DNA of 43,192 nt from Rhizobiaceae bacterium (GCA_020441805.1 JAGRLJ010000114.1:1-43192), one strand, 5' to 3'; numbered from the stretch's first letter, positions 9,686 to 19,807 are shown. Numbers and translations are program-made. Notes: a model not told the origin generated them from the letters alone.

Positions 9686-11479
9686 TCACGCCCTTTCGCG
9701 TGCGTTCGGGTCGAAGCCGGCGATGCGCCGCGTCGCCGCGATCAGCGACCGGGCATAATCGCTGCGGGGTGCGTCGAGCACCGTTTCCGTCGGGTCGCTT
9801 TCGACGATATGGCCGGCGCGCAGCACCGCCACCGTGTCGGCGAGCGATCGTACCACGGCGAGATTATGGGTGACGAAAAGGATGGACAAGCCGTCGTCCA
9901 TCAGGCCGCGCAGCATTTCGACGATGGCGGCCTGGACCGATACATCCAGCGCCGAGGTGATCTCGTCGCAGACCAGGACGGTGGGCGCGGCGATCAGCGC
10001 GCGGGCGATGGCCACCCGCTGGCGCTCCCCGCCCGAGAGTTCGCCCGGATAGCGGTTGGCCAGCGCCGGCGACAGCCCGGCGCGCGCCATCGTTTCGAGC
10101 GTGAGCGCATCGGCGGCCTTGCCGCGTTCCTCGCGGAAGATCGTGCAGGCCATCCGGATGCTGTCGGCCACGGTGCGGCGCGGATTGAGCGAGCCATAAG
10201 GGTTCTGGAAGATATACTGGAGCTTGCGGCGCTCCGCCGGCCGGCGTTTCTCCGCAGCCTTCGGCAGGACCCCGCCGTCGAGCACGATATCGCCGCCATA
10301 GAGGCTGTTCAGGCCGGCGATGCAATGCGAGAGGCTCGATTTGCCGGACCCCGACTCTCCCACCAGCGCGAGACATTCGCCCGGCGCCAGCCGCAAGGAC
10401 ACATCGATGAGCACCTGTCGAGAGCCATAGGAAAGGGAGAGGCCGTTCACGGCAAGACGTGGCGGTTCGTTCCCGGCCCCGTGTCCGCCGGATGCGGCCG
10501 CATCCGGCGCGCGTCTCGGACTCGAAATGCCGGGATAGAGGCAGCATACCAGCCGCCCGTCTTCCACGGGACCGAGCGCGGGTTCCTCGCGCCGGCAATC
10601 GGCCGTCGCGTGCGGGCATCGCGGGGCGAAGACGCAGCCCGCCGGGCGGGCTCCGACCGCGGGGGCATGGCCGGCAATGGCGCTCAGCCTCCGGCGCCGG
10701 TCGACGGAGGGCAGGGCATCGAGCAGCGACACCGTATAGGGATGGGCCGGGCGGGAGAGGGTCCGGTCTCGGTCGCCGAGTTCGACGATGCGGCCGCTAT
10801 AGAGCACCATGACCCGGCTGGCGACATGGGCCACGACGTCGAGATCGTGCGAGACATAGATCGCCGCCATGCGCATGTCGCGGCAGAGCCGGCCGACGAG
10901 ATCGAGCACCTCGCCCTGGGTGACGACGTCGAGGCCTGTCGTCGGTTCGTCGAGGATCATCAGACGCGGTCGCGGCGCCACCGCCATGGCGATGCCGACC
11001 CGCTGCTGCTGGCCGCCTGAAAGCTGGACCGGATAGCGTGACAGGAATTCGTCGGTGGCGGGCAGGGCGACGGCGGCCATCACCTCCTTCACCCGTTCGA
11101 TCGCCGCCGGTCTCGATAGCCGTTCCCCGCCATTGACAAGGCCCTCCACGAGCTGGTCGTCGATGCGCATCGACGGGTTGAGCGAGACGGACGGGTCCTG
11201 CGGCACATAGGTGACGACATGGCCCCTGCAATGGCGGCGCTGCCCGTCGGACAGGGACAGGATATCCCGGCCGTCGATCACGACGCTACCGGAGGCGATA
11301 TGCGTGCCGGGCCGCGCAAATCCCATCAGCGCCATGGCGATCGTGCTCTTGCCCGATCCGGATTCGCCGACGAAGCCCAGCACCTCGCCCTCCGCGAGAC
11401 GGAAGGCGATGTTCTCGACGATGGCCGCGCCGCGGATCAGTGCGACGCTCAGGCCGCTCACTTCGACGGCGACGGTCAT
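9686..11479 (-). CDS. Peptide/nickel-type ABC transporter, fused double ATP-binding protein (DppD-DppF)
   Basis: Two Walker A motifs (GESGSGKS), LSGGQQQR and LSGGERQR signatures, and the oligoHPY motif HPYT..LL...GC.FAPRC. The real start is ATG 11479 (MTVAVEV), overlapping the upstream permease stop. Confidence 0.9.
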   Translation of the reverse strand: MTVAVEVSGLSVALIRGAAIVENIAFRLAEGEVLGFVGESGSGKSTIAMALMGFARPGTHIASGSVVIDGRDILSLSDGQRRHCRGHVVTYVPQDPSVSLNPSMRIDDQLVEGLVNGGERLSRPAAIERVKEVMAAVALPATDEFLSRYPVQLSGGQQQRVGIAMAVAPRPRLMILDEPTTGLDVVTQGEVLDLVGRLCRDMRMAAIYVSHDLDVVAHVASRVMVLYSGRIVELGDRDRTLSRPAHPYTVSLLDALPSVDRRRRLSAIAGHAPAVGARPAGCVFAPRCPHATADCRREEPALGPVEDGRLVCCLYPGISSPRRAPDAAASGGHGAGNEPPRLAVNGLSLSYGSRQVLIDVSLRLAPGECLALVGESGSGKSSLSHCIAGLNSLYGGDIVLDGGVLPKAAEKRRPAERRKLQYIFQNPYGSLNPRRTVADSIRMACTIFREERGKAADALTLETMARAGLSPALANRYPGELSGGERQRVAIARALIAAPTVLVCDEITSALDVSVQAAIVEMLRGLMDDGLSILFVTHNLAVVRSLADTVAVLRAGHIVESDPTETVLDAPRSDYARSLIAATRRIAGFDPNARERA

Positions 11480-12354
11480 GCCCCTCCCTCCGTTCGCGAC
11501 AATATCCGGCTGATACCCTCCGCCAGCATGTTGCCGCCGATGGTGAACAAGCCGATCCCGACGATCGGGCCGAGAACGGCGAAGGGCTGGATGGTCAGGG
11601 CATTGCGGTTCTCGTTGATCATCAGGCCCCAGTCGGCCAGCGGCGGCTGGATGCCGTATCCGAGGAAGCTCAGGCCGGCCAGCATCGAGGTGGACCACAT
11701 CAGCCGCAGGCCACCTTCGACGAGGAGCGGCGCGGTGACGTTGGGCAGGATCTCGCGCCGGAGGATGGTGGAGGGCGGCAGGCCGACCATGCGCGCCCAC
11801 CAGACGAATTCGCGGTCGACGACGGACAAGGCCGCGCCACGCATGACGCGGGCGACGTTCGGCGCCTGAGAAATGCCGACCAGCAGCACGAGCAGCGGCA
11901 GGCCGGGACCGAACATGGTGACGAAGAGGAGCGCGAAGACGATGCTGGGAAAGGCGAGCTTCACATCGACGAGCCGCATCAGGACCTGGTCCGTCAATCC
12001 CCTGGCATAGGCGGCGGTGAGGCCGATGGCGCCGCCGAGGGCGAGCGCGATCAGCGTCGAACAGACCGACATCCAGACCAGATTGCGCCCGCCATTGAGG
12101 AAGCGCGAGAAGACGTCGCGGCCCAGCATGTCCGCGCCGAGCCACAGACCCGGTCCCGGCGGGTCATAGGGCGCGGCGACCAGGGCCGCGGGATCGTTCG
12201 GCGCCGCGAAAGGCCCGATGAAGGCGACCGCCAGCGTCAGGCCGATCATGGCGAGCCCGAGCCGGATCCGGCCCTGCCGCAAGGCCCGGCGCCACGGCTG
12301 GCGCGGCGGCAGGGTCTCGATCATGTCCGTCGCGGCGGGCGTGTCGATGCTCAT
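11476..12354 (-). CDS. Peptide ABC transporter permease (DppC/OppC-like)
   Basis: WLGAD.LGRDV.SR, EAA-loop equivalent (REFV..AR..G), LPNV..P and LSFLG.GIQPP..DWG. The start MSIDTP at 12354 overlaps the upstream stop. Confidence 0.9.
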   Translation of the reverse strand: MSIDTPAATDMIETLPPRQPWRRALRQGRIRLGLAMIGLTLAVAFIGPFAAPNDPAALVAAPYDPPGPGLWLGADMLGRDVFSRFLNGGRNLVWMSVCSTLIALALGGAIGLTAAYARGLTDQVLMRLVDVKLAFPSIVFALLFVTMFGPGLPLLVLLVGISQAPNVARVMRGAALSVVDREFVWWARMVGLPPSTILRREILPNVTAPLLVEGGLRLMWSTSMLAGLSFLGYGIQPPLADWGLMINENRNALTIQPFAVLGPIVGIGLFTIGGNMLAEGISRILSRTEGGA

Positions 12355-13322
12355 CGGCCTCTCCCCTTCGACGGGGGCGAGATCCAGGCGGTGACGATAT
12401 CGGCCGTCATGTTCGACAGGACGAAGACGCAGGCGATCAGCAGCACCACGAACTGCACCGCGGGCACGTCGCGGTTGGCGACGGCCTCGGTGAGCCCGGT
12501 GCCGATCCCCGGAAATCCGAAGAGATATTCGAGCACGACCACGCTGCCGACGGAAAAGGCGAAGACATTGGCCATGGCCTGGATGGCCGGCGGCACCGCG
12601 TTGGGAAGGGCGTGGCGAAGCAGGACCCTGCGGGCGGACAGGCCCTTCAGGATCGCCATCTGCACATATTCGCTCCCGAGCACCTCGATCACGCAGGCGC
12701 GGATCAGGCGATAGAGATAGGCGGTGTTCAGGAGCGTCAGCACCGTCACCGGCAGCACCAGTGCGAGCGGCTGCCGCCACGGCATTTCGCCCGGGGTCAG
12801 CATCGAGACGGCTGGCAGGACATGGAAGACATTGGTGCTGAAGACGATGACGAGCAGCATGCCCACGATGAAGTCGGGCAGGGCGTTGAGGCCGGCCGAA
12901 ATGCCGAGCAGGAGGCGGTCGAGCCAGCCGTCCCGCCAATAGGCCGTGAGCACGCCGCCGAGGATCGACAGCGGCACGGTCAGCGCCATGCTGACGATGA
13001 CCAGCGTGAACGTGTTGAGCATGCGGGGCAGGAAGAGATCCACGACGGGCATGTGCGAGATGGAGGACAATCCGAAATCGCCTCGCAGCGCCCCGCCCAG
13101 CCAGTCGAGATATTGCGTCGCCAGTGAACGGTCGAGGCCGAGCTGCCGGTTCAGCACAGTGATCTGATCGGCCGTGGCTTCACGGCCGAGGATGATGCGC
13201 GCGATGTCGCCCGGCAGCGCGCGCGTCGCCACGAAAATGAGCAGCGTGACGAGGAAGATCGTCAGGAACCCGGCCGCGAGGCGGCCGAGAAGCCATTCGG
13301 TTTTCGATCGCCACGTCGTCAT
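12351..13322 (-). CDS. Peptide ABC transporter permease (DppB/OppB-like)
   Basis: LPGD.A..ILG, LGLD.....QY..WL...L.GDFG.S, EYV..A..KGL, HAL.NA and VVLE.LF..PGIG. Start MTTWRSK at 13322. Confidence 0.9.
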   Translation of the reverse strand: MTTWRSKTEWLLGRLAAGFLTIFLVTLLIFVATRALPGDIARIILGREATADQITVLNRQLGLDRSLATQYLDWLGGALRGDFGLSSISHMPVVDLFLPRMLNTFTLVIVSMALTVPLSILGGVLTAYWRDGWLDRLLLGISAGLNALPDFIVGMLLVIVFSTNVFHVLPAVSMLTPGEMPWRQPLALVLPVTVLTLLNTAYLYRLIRACVIEVLGSEYVQMAILKGLSARRVLLRHALPNAVPPAIQAMANVFAFSVGSVVVLEYLFGFPGIGTGLTEAVANRDVPAVQFVVLLIACVFVLSNMTADIVTAWISPPSKGRGR

Positions 13323-13350
13323 TGCCGGTTTCCGATCGTCTCGCCGCCGT

Positions 13351-14886
13351 TCAGCCCAGCCAGACCTTGTTGAGATGCGACAGCGGCGAATCCACCTTGT
13401 GGGGCACGAGCCCGCCGACATGGGCGCCATGGGCGTTGAGAATATCCGACCAGCCCCAGACAATCGAGCCGCCGCGCTCATATTCGATGGTGCGCATCTT
13501 CTGGATGATGTCGCAGCGAGCCGCCTCGTCGGTCGTCTTGAAGGCCTCGGCGGCGAGTTCGACGAATTCGGGGTCGTTCCAGCGCGAGACGTTGAACGGC
13601 CCGCCCGGCAGCAGCGTGCGGCTCACCAGCGGCAGATACATGTCGTTGAAGAAATCGACGCCGAGCGGCCAGTTGGTGTAGTTGGCGAGATAGGCGCTGG
13701 CCTCGAGGATATTGAGCTTCATCTCGATGCCGGCTTCCTTCGCCTGCTGGGCGAAGACCTGGGCCGTCTGGGCGAGGCCGGGCACGTCGCTCGCGGTGGT
13801 GATCTCGAGCTTGAGGTCCGATTTGCCCGCTTCGGCCAGAAGCGCCTTGGCCTTCTCGATATCCCGAACCCGCTGCGGCACCGGCGTCTCGCCGCAGGGC
13901 AGGTAGCGGCCCACCATGTCGTTGGCGATCGCGCCATAGCCGTTCATCGCCACCTTGACGAGCTGGTCGCGGTCAGCGACGAGCTTCAGCGCCTGACGGA
14001 CGCGCACGTCGTTGAACGGCTCGAGGTCGGTGCGCATGTAGATCGGCAGATATTGCGTGCTGGGATTGCGCAGCAGCTTGAGGCGGGGATCGGCTTCCAC
14101 CAGCTTCGCCTCCGCATAGGGAACGGCATAGGTGATATCCACCTGGCCGCTGCGCAGCGCGTTCATGCCGGCGGTCGCGTCGCCCAGCGTGGCGACGATC
14201 AGTTCGTCGACATGGGCTTTCTCGCCCCAATAATCGTCGAAGCGGGCGAAAGCGGCCTGCTGGCCCGCCGTGTAGCTGGTGAGCCGGAACGGGCCGGTGC
14301 CGACCGGCTTGGCGGGATCGAAATCGCGCGGCACCATGCGCAGGAAGCGGTTGGACCACAGGTCCTGGAAAGGACCGTAGGCGTGCTTGAGCGTGAAGAC
14401 GACGGTGTGGTCGTCGACCTTTTCGAGCTTGTCGGCATCGACCACATCGATCAGCTTGGCGCCCTTGGACGCCTTGCCCGGATCGAGAATACGCCTGACC
14501 GAGAAGATGACGTCGTCGGCGCCGAAGTCACGGCCGTCATGCGTCTTGACACCCTGACGGAGCTTGACCGTCCATGTGTCGGCGGTCTCATTGGAGCTAA
14601 AGGATTCAGCCAGCATCGGGCGCACGTCGCTGCCGCTGTCATAGCCGGTCAGGCCGTCGAACATGTTGGTGAAGCGGATCATCTCCGACACCTGGCCCTG
14701 GTTGAAATGCGGGTCGATGGAATCGGCCGAGGCGCCGGGCACCGCGACGCGCAGCGTGCCGCCCTTTTTCGGCGTTTCCTCGGCGAAGGCCCGCGATCCG
14801 TCGAGGCTGCCGGCGGTCAGCGCGCCGGCGGCGGCCGAAACCAGGAATTGACGGCGGTTCAGCGCCGGAAAAGAGATCTTGGTCAT
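13351..14886 (-). CDS. ABC substrate-binding protein, family 5 (peptide/nickel-type), with Tat signal
   Basis: Twin-arginine LNRRQFL signal, PKKGGTLRV, LRQGVK.HDG..F.ADDV.FS, PVGTGPF and PF.DVRVRQA. Confidence 0.9.
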   Translation of the reverse strand: MTKISFPALNRRQFLVSAAAGALTAGSLDGSRAFAEETPKKGGTLRVAVPGASADSIDPHFNQGQVSEMIRFTNMFDGLTGYDSGSDVRPMLAESFSSNETADTWTVKLRQGVKTHDGRDFGADDVIFSVRRILDPGKASKGAKLIDVVDADKLEKVDDHTVVFTLKHAYGPFQDLWSNRFLRMVPRDFDPAKPVGTGPFRLTSYTAGQQAAFARFDDYWGEKAHVDELIVATLGDATAGMNALRSGQVDITYAVPYAEAKLVEADPRLKLLRNPSTQYLPIYMRTDLEPFNDVRVRQALKLVADRDQLVKVAMNGYGAIANDMVGRYLPCGETPVPQRVRDIEKAKALLAEAGKSDLKLEITTASDVPGLAQTAQVFAQQAKEAGIEMKLNILEASAYLANYTNWPLGVDFFNDMYLPLVSRTLLPGGPFNVSRWNDPEFVELAAEAFKTTDEAARCDIIQKMRTIEYERGGSIVWGWSDILNAHGAHVGGLVPHKVDSPLSHLNKVWLG

Positions 14887-14939
14887 TTCAGGGTTCCCCA
14901 TTTTGCTTTCAAAGGATGTATCGGCCGCGCCGCGCGTTC

Positions 14940-15893
14940 CTATTCCCTGCGGCTGGCGGCGGCGATCCGCGCCACCTCGGCCAGCATGGGAACGAGGACA
15001 TCCGGCCCGCGCGGGTCGACCTCCGGGTCGTAGCTGGCCGATGCGACGGCGATGATTTCGAAATATTCCGCGGCGATGCGCACGCCTTCCACGACCTGGC
15101 TGTCGGTCAGGCCGCCATCGGCCGCGTGGCGGTTGGCGCGCAGCACGGAGGGATCGAGCACGTCGGAATCGATATGCAGGTAAACCTTGCGCACCCGGCC
15201 CGACAGAAGGGCGAAGGCGTTGCGCAGCGCGTTCTCATATCCGAGCCGTTTCAGGACCGGCGGCGTCAGCGCCGTGCCGACCGAGTCCGACGCATCCGCG
15301 CGACCGCCTTCGGCATAGGCTTCATGCAGGCTGATGCAGACGACATTGTCTTCCGGCACCTCGCGGAAGCCGGGAATGCGGCGCCGGTAGCGAGGCCAGC
15401 ATTTGCCGGTGATCGTGGTGAGGATCATGCCCTCGATGAAGCCGCTGAAGGACGTGTCCGGCGTAGCCGCATCGCCGTGGGCGTCGAACCAGATGATGCC
15501 GATCGGTTCTTCCTCCGCGCCCAGTCCTCCCACGACACCGAAAGAGGCGGAACAGGTTCCGGCGACGACGACGGGCAAACGGCCCGCCGCGCGCGCTCCG
15601 GCGACCGCGCGCGCCAGGTGAATGTTCTGCACGAGGATGCGGCCCATCTGGTCGCCGGCCGGAATGGTGCGCAGGTCGCCGCCATTCTCGTCCGCCGTCA
15701 CCTCGTCGGCCTTGTCGAGCATGGTCAGCGCGACACCCTCGCGATGATCCTTCAGCGCGGCCGGCAGGCGGTCGCCGGCTAGAAGCAGAAGCGGTGCATT
15801 GGCCATCTTGTTGCCCGGCACGCCGCCCTTGACGCCGCAATGGAACGGCAGGCCGATCAGGGAAAGGGGGTAGGGCGGAAGCGTGTTCGGCAT
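14940..15893 (-). CDS. Arginase/ureohydrolase-family hydrolase, divergent
   Basis: WFDAHGD and LHIDSDVLDP metal motifs, and GGL....V. GGAGAGAG RBS precedes ATG 15893. The canonical GGDH motif is replaced by AGTC. Confidence 0.8.
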   Translation of the reverse strand: MPNTLPPYPLSLIGLPFHCGVKGGVPGNKMANAPLLLLAGDRLPAALKDHREGVALTMLDKADEVTADENGGDLRTIPAGDQMGRILVQNIHLARAVAGARAAGRLPVVVAGTCSASFGVVGGLGAEEEPIGIIWFDAHGDAATPDTSFSGFIEGMILTTITGKCWPRYRRRIPGFREVPEDNVVCISLHEAYAEGGRADASDSVGTALTPPVLKRLGYENALRNAFALLSGRVRKVYLHIDSDVLDPSVLRANRHAADGGLTDSQVVEGVRIAAEYFEIIAVASASYDPEVDPRGPDVLVPMLAEVARIAAASRRE

Positions 15894-16001
15894 CGGTCGG
15901 CTCTCTCCGTTTGTCGCCGGAAGGATGGCCGGGTTTCCGCCGGCATCCTCCTGTCCAGGCTTGCGTGGGGAAAAGAGTGCCAAGGCGTTCCGGCGGTCGC
16001 A

Positions 16002-16019
16002 ATCGACAAAAATGTCGAT
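16002..16019. promoter_or_regulatory. Perfect palindrome ATCGACA-N4-TGTCGAT, a candidate operator in the arginase/amidase divergent region
   Basis: Read directly as atcgaca aaaa tgtcgat, between the two divergent starts (15893 and 16125). Confidence 0.5.
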
Positions 16020-16124
16020 ACCGGTCCTGCGGCAGCCTTCCTACACTGTCGGCGATCGGCTCCGGTTCTTTCCCGGGCCTGTCGGAAAGCCGCGCTCGCC
16101 GCGCGGAGAACCCAGCCGGTAGAT

Positions 16125-17552
16125 ATGATGACACACGACATGCATTCCCTTTCCCTGTGTGCCGCGGCGCGGTTCATCGCCGACGGCAGCATCGGCGCGG
16201 AAGAGTATGCGGCGCATCTCATCCGTCGCGCCGACGCCATGGCGCATCTCAACGCGCTGATCTCGCTGGATCGGGAGCAGGTTCTGGAGGCGGCGCGGCT
16301 CGCGGATATCCACCGGCTGCGCGGCGCGCGGCTCGGCCCCCTGCACGGCGTGCCGCTGGTGCTGAAGGACAATATCAATACCCGCCGGCTCCCCACGACG
16401 GCGGGTACCCCGGCCCTGCGCGGCCACCGGCCGTCCACCGACGCGCCGGTGGCCGCCGGGCTTTTCGCGGCGGGCGGCCTGCTGTTCGGCAAGGCGGGAC
16501 TTCACGAGCTCTCCTATGGCGGCACGACCATCAACGCCGCAACCGGGCCGGTCCGCAACCCCCACGATCCGGAGCGGGTCGCGGGCGGGTCGAGCGGCGG
16601 CGTCGCGGCCAGCGTCGCGGCCGGAATGGCTCCGGCCGGCATCGGCAGCGATACGGGCGGTTCCATTCGCCTGCCGGCGGCTTTCTGCGGACTGGCCGGC
16701 CTGCGCCCCAGCATGGACCGATGGCCGACCGGGGGCATCGTGCCCATTTCCCCCACGCGCGACGTATCCGGCCCCATCGCCCGGACAGTCGGCGATCTCG
16801 TGCTTCTCGACGGTGTGATCTCCGGAGCGGTCCGTTCATCGGACGAGGCGCGGGCGACCGTGAACGGCGTTCGTCTGGGCGTGCCGCGCCGCTTTTTCTG
16901 GGAGGATGCCGACCCCGAGGTCGAACGGCTCTGCCGGGACGCTCTGGCGCGGCTGGCCGATGCCGGCGCCAGGATCGAGGAGGTGGATTTTCCCGACATG
17001 GCGCCCGAGATCGCGGCCATGAGCGCGGCCATCTCGCTTTTCGAGACGCCGGTCTGCCTTTCCGCCTATCTGCGGGACTTCCGGCCGCAGACATCGCTGG
17101 CCGACCTGAGCGCGTCGATCGCGAGTCCCGATGTCCGCAAGATCTTCGAGGTCATGCTTTCGCCGGCGTCGGCGATCTCCCTGGAGACCTATCGTTTCCA
17201 CATGGAGCACACCCGGCCGGCATTGCGCGAGGCCTATCGCCATGCCCTGGAAAGCCTTGGGCTCGATGCGCTGGTCTTTCCGATGGCGCCGCTCGCGGCT
17301 CCATCCATTTTGGATATGTTCGATACGTTCCACAACGGCCGGACGGTTTCCGTATTCCATACCGTGTTGCGGAACGCCGATCCCGGCAGTTGCGCAGGCC
17401 AGCCCGGCCTGACCCTTCCGGTCGGCCTGACCGCCGGCGGACTGCCCGTGGGTATCGGGCTCGACGGTGCGGCGGGCGCGGACCGCCGTCTCCTGTCCGT
17501 GGGGGCGGCCATCGAAAGCTGCCTCGGAGTCGTCCCCGCCGAAACTGTCTAG
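16125..17552 (+). CDS. Amidase signature family enzyme, indoleacetamide/mandelamide hydrolase-like
   Basis: Ser-cisSer-Lys triad motifs GPLHGVP..LKD, GGSSGG and IGSDTGGSIR.PA. The C-terminal N.DPGS.AG.PGL.LPVGL resembles the IaaH clade. The start could be 16125, 16128 or 16140. Confidence 0.85.
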   Translation: MMTHDMHSLSLCAAARFIADGSIGAEEYAAHLIRRADAMAHLNALISLDREQVLEAARLADIHRLRGARLGPLHGVPLVLKDNINTRRLPTTAGTPALRGHRPSTDAPVAAGLFAAGGLLFGKAGLHELSYGGTTINAATGPVRNPHDPERVAGGSSGGVAASVAAGMAPAGIGSDTGGSIRLPAAFCGLAGLRPSMDRWPTGGIVPISPTRDVSGPIARTVGDLVLLDGVISGAVRSSDEARATVNGVRLGVPRRFFWEDADPEVERLCRDALARLADAGARIEEVDFPDMAPEIAAMSAAISLFETPVCLSAYLRDFRPQTSLADLSASIASPDVRKIFEVMLSPASAISLETYRFHMEHTRPALREAYRHALESLGLDALVFPMAPLAAPSILDMFDTFHNGRTVSVFHTVLRNADPGSCAGQPGLTLPVGLTAGGLPVGIGLDGAAGADRRLLSVGAAIESCLGVVPAETV

Positions 17553-17562
17553 ATCCCGGCGC

Positions 17563-18312
17563 TCAGGACGGTCTTTCCATATCCGTCGCCATCAGCAGCG
17601 CGGCGAGTTCGGCGCGGTTGGCGCAGCCGCATTTCGTCATGGCATTGTTGATATGGGTCCGCACCGTCCCGAAGCCGATGTCGAGGATGCGGGCGATGTC
17701 GCGGTCGCGGCATCCCTTCGCCACGAGCATCGCCACCTCCCGTTCCCGTGTGCTCAGATTGAGCCCGGTGTCCCGCGCCGCGATGGTGAAGGCCTGTTTC
17801 AGGAACGGTTGCAGGATCGACAGGAGGCCGATTTCGCGCTCGCCGAAAGCCGTGCCGCCACGACCGCGCCAGATGCGCAGGTCGCCGACGTCGCGCCCGC
17901 CGTCGAAGAGAAAGAGGTTCATGCCGCGATACATGCCTTCGCGCTTGAGGAACTCGTTGTAGAATTCCGTCCTCTCCAGGTCGCTATAGGGCATCGCCTC
18001 CTCGACGAGCACCGGGCGGCGGAAGGCGCGCAGGCGGGCGGTGATCGGATCGTGGAACTGAAAGCGCCTGTCGTAATCCTCGAGCCCGTCGGCGGTCATG
18101 CTCGAACTATAGGGTTGTTCGGAGCGGCCTGTCGCCGGGTTCCAGACATAGGAGGTACAGAAATCGGCGTGCATGAGCCGCGCCAGGCTGCCGACCACGC
18201 GTTCGCGAATGTTGCTTTTGGGCGCCGCCGTGGCTAGCATCGAGACGATCTCGCCGAAAAGCGTCAAATCCTCCTTGTCCATGGCGAGGGGGAACATGGA
18301 AATCAACTCCAT
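17563..18312 (-). CDS. LuxR/CsgD-type HTH transcriptional regulator with an N-terminal sensor (GAF-like) domain
   Basis: C-terminal LS.RE.EVA.LVA.G..D.DIA..L.I...TVRTH..NAM.K....NR..L. The start is uncertain (18312, 18297 or 18282). Confidence 0.85.
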   Translation of the reverse strand: MELISMFPLAMDKEDLTLFGEIVSMLATAAPKSNIRERVVGSLARLMHADFCTSYVWNPATGRSEQPYSSSMTADGLEDYDRRFQFHDPITARLRAFRRPVLVEEAMPYSDLERTEFYNEFLKREGMYRGMNLFLFDGGRDVGDLRIWRGRGGTAFGEREIGLLSILQPFLKQAFTIAARDTGLNLSTREREVAMLVAKGCRDRDIARILDIGFGTVRTHINNAMTKCGCANRAELAALLMATDMERPS

Positions 18313-18405
18313 CGCGGCCGTCCGCGGAAGCGGCGCCACCGAAAGTCCTATTCACGGGTTTCTCGGCAGGGAGTTTAGACACATGACAAAGTGAAGACAA
18401 TATGC

Positions 18406-18438
18406 GCGGGCGAACCGTGGTTCTCCCGGTTTGCCCGC
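18406..18438. terminator. GC-rich stem-loop between the RTX gene stop and the LuxR gene start (possible terminator or stability element)
   Basis: gcgggcgaaccg (18406-18417) pairs with cggtttgcccgc (18427-18438), with one G-T pair. There is no clear U-tract. Confidence 0.3.
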
Positions 18439-18540
18439 CGACCGGATGAGCATGCTCGCTTCACGCGGCGCTGGATTCAGGTGATCGAGCAACCGGTCGT
18501 GCCTGATATTCCGGTTGCCGATGATCGCCGAGTGCCGTCG

Positions 18541-19713
18541 TCAGACCAAGGCAAAGCTGAAGTCGGATGCGTCCAGATCGTTCATGTCGACGTTCTCGAT
18601 GATCAGCCGATCGCCCTTTCCCATTTGCAGCCATGTGTCGTTGCCGTGCTGGCTCATATGCGGAGCGAGGTCGGCGAATTCGTCGACGCCCTTAAAGCCC
18701 GTCATCCATATCAGGTCCTGTCCGGAGACAAAGTCGTCGATGACATCCCTGTCGTCGCCCCGGTTGAACCGGAAGGTGTCCTGATCCGAGCCGCCGATGA
18801 GGAAGTCGTTTCCTCGACCGCCATGAAGAGTGTCGTTGCCGTGTTGGCCGGTCAGCACGTTGTCGCCCTTGTTGCCGGAGATGGTGTTGCCATCGTCGTT
18901 GCCGTGGCCGTCGATATCCTTCTTGCCCTTGAGATAGAGCGCCTCGACATTCTCGCCGAGATATTGGGTGATCTTGGCATAGACCCGGTCGTAACCGGAA
19001 TCGGCGCTCTCAGAGATATCGATATCGTTCTTGCCGATCCTGTAGGTGTCGTTGCCGTCGCCGCCGTAGACGGCGCCGTCGATCTTTCCCCTCCAGCTCT
19101 GGAGCACATCGTTGCCGCTGCCCAGGGCGATATCGCCCTTGATCGTGCCGGTATTGACGAGCTTCGCGCCGTCCGAAACGCTCAAATTGACCGCGTAGGT
19201 GTCGCCGAGGACCTTGCCGCGATTGATGAATACGCTTTCGCCGTTGCCGCTCGCGTAGACGCCGTACTTGCCGTCGATGATTCCATACTCGCCATTGACG
19301 ATCCGCGCTCCGCCATGCGTCTCGATACCGATGAGGCCGTCGATCGAGCCATGGTTCCTGATCATGGCGGTACCGTTCGCGGAGATGCCGACGCTGTCTG
19401 CGTCGATTTCCCCGCGATTCACGACCGACAGGCCGTCGGCGCTGCCATAGATGCCGGAATGGGCTTCGAGATGCGCGCTCCTGCCGATTTTGATCGTGTT
19501 GTCGGCGCCTTGCACGTTGATGGCGCGGTTGAAAGCGCCATCGGCGCTGAGGTCGCCCCGGATATCCAGCACATTGCCGGTGCTCGTGGCGAGTATGTCG
19601 ATGGCATTGGCCCCCTCGACAGCAATCGTGGCCTGTTTCTCCACGATCCACGTCTTGTCGTCACCGTCGATGGTCCAGGTCTCGAAACGGTCCGCTGTTA
19701 TTTTCTTTGCCAT
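18541..19713 (-). CDS. Small RTX / hemolysin-type Ca2+-binding repeat protein (probable type I secretion substrate)
   Basis: GGxGxD nonapeptides (LGSGNDVL, YGGDGNDTY, GQHGNDTLHGGRGNDFLIGGSDQDTF), a D.I.DF..G.D motif and an acidic C-terminal DF.F tail. The N-terminal half has N.G.I beta-helix-like repeats. There is no Sec signal. AGAGG RBS. Confidence 0.85.
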   Translation of the reverse strand: MAKKITADRFETWTIDGDDKTWIVEKQATIAVEGANAIDILATSTGNVLDIRGDLSADGAFNRAINVQGADNTIKIGRSAHLEAHSGIYGSADGLSVVNRGEIDADSVGISANGTAMIRNHGSIDGLIGIETHGGARIVNGEYGIIDGKYGVYASGNGESVFINRGKVLGDTYAVNLSVSDGAKLVNTGTIKGDIALGSGNDVLQSWRGKIDGAVYGGDGNDTYRIGKNDIDISESADSGYDRVYAKITQYLGENVEALYLKGKKDIDGHGNDDGNTISGNKGDNVLTGQHGNDTLHGGRGNDFLIGGSDQDTFRFNRGDDRDVIDDFVSGQDLIWMTGFKGVDEFADLAPHMSQHGNDTWLQMGKGDRLIIENVDMNDLDASDFSFALV

Positions 19714-19807
19714 TTCATATCCTCTATATCTTAATTTTGAAATATCCTTTTCACGAGCGGACTATTGGTGAAGGGGGTTGTAATGGTTGTTCCCGAGGGA
19801 ACAGAAT

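Noticed and set aside
9686-13481. Apparent long N-terminal extensions or fusions of the ABC subunits in the ORF track (819, 487 and 376 aa)
   Set aside because: The extensions are off-frame read-through of upstream genes. The real starts (11479, 12354, 13322) overlap stops or follow an RBS. The same applies to the M20, acoC, amidase and Lrp ORFs.
8056-15033. Long plus-strand ORFs (8056-9873, 9647-11020, 11440-12714, 13174-15033)
   Set aside because: They are antisense to well-supported sulfatase and ABC genes.
16125-17552. T-DNA or auxin biosynthesis gene iaaH (tms2)
   Set aside because: There is no iaaM, no T-DNA border and no eukaryotic-style low-GC gene. The context is bacterial catabolism, so only the family resemblance is supported.
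17563-18312. Quorum-sensing LuxR paired with the lactonase at 35401-36180
   Set aside because: The conserved AHL-binding Trp residues are not evident, there is no luxI, and the two genes are 17 kb apart in different operons.
18541-19713. RTX cytolysin or serralysin protease
   Set aside because: It has no hydrophobic pore domain, no HExxH motif and no acyltransferase gene. Only the Ca-binding repeats are present.
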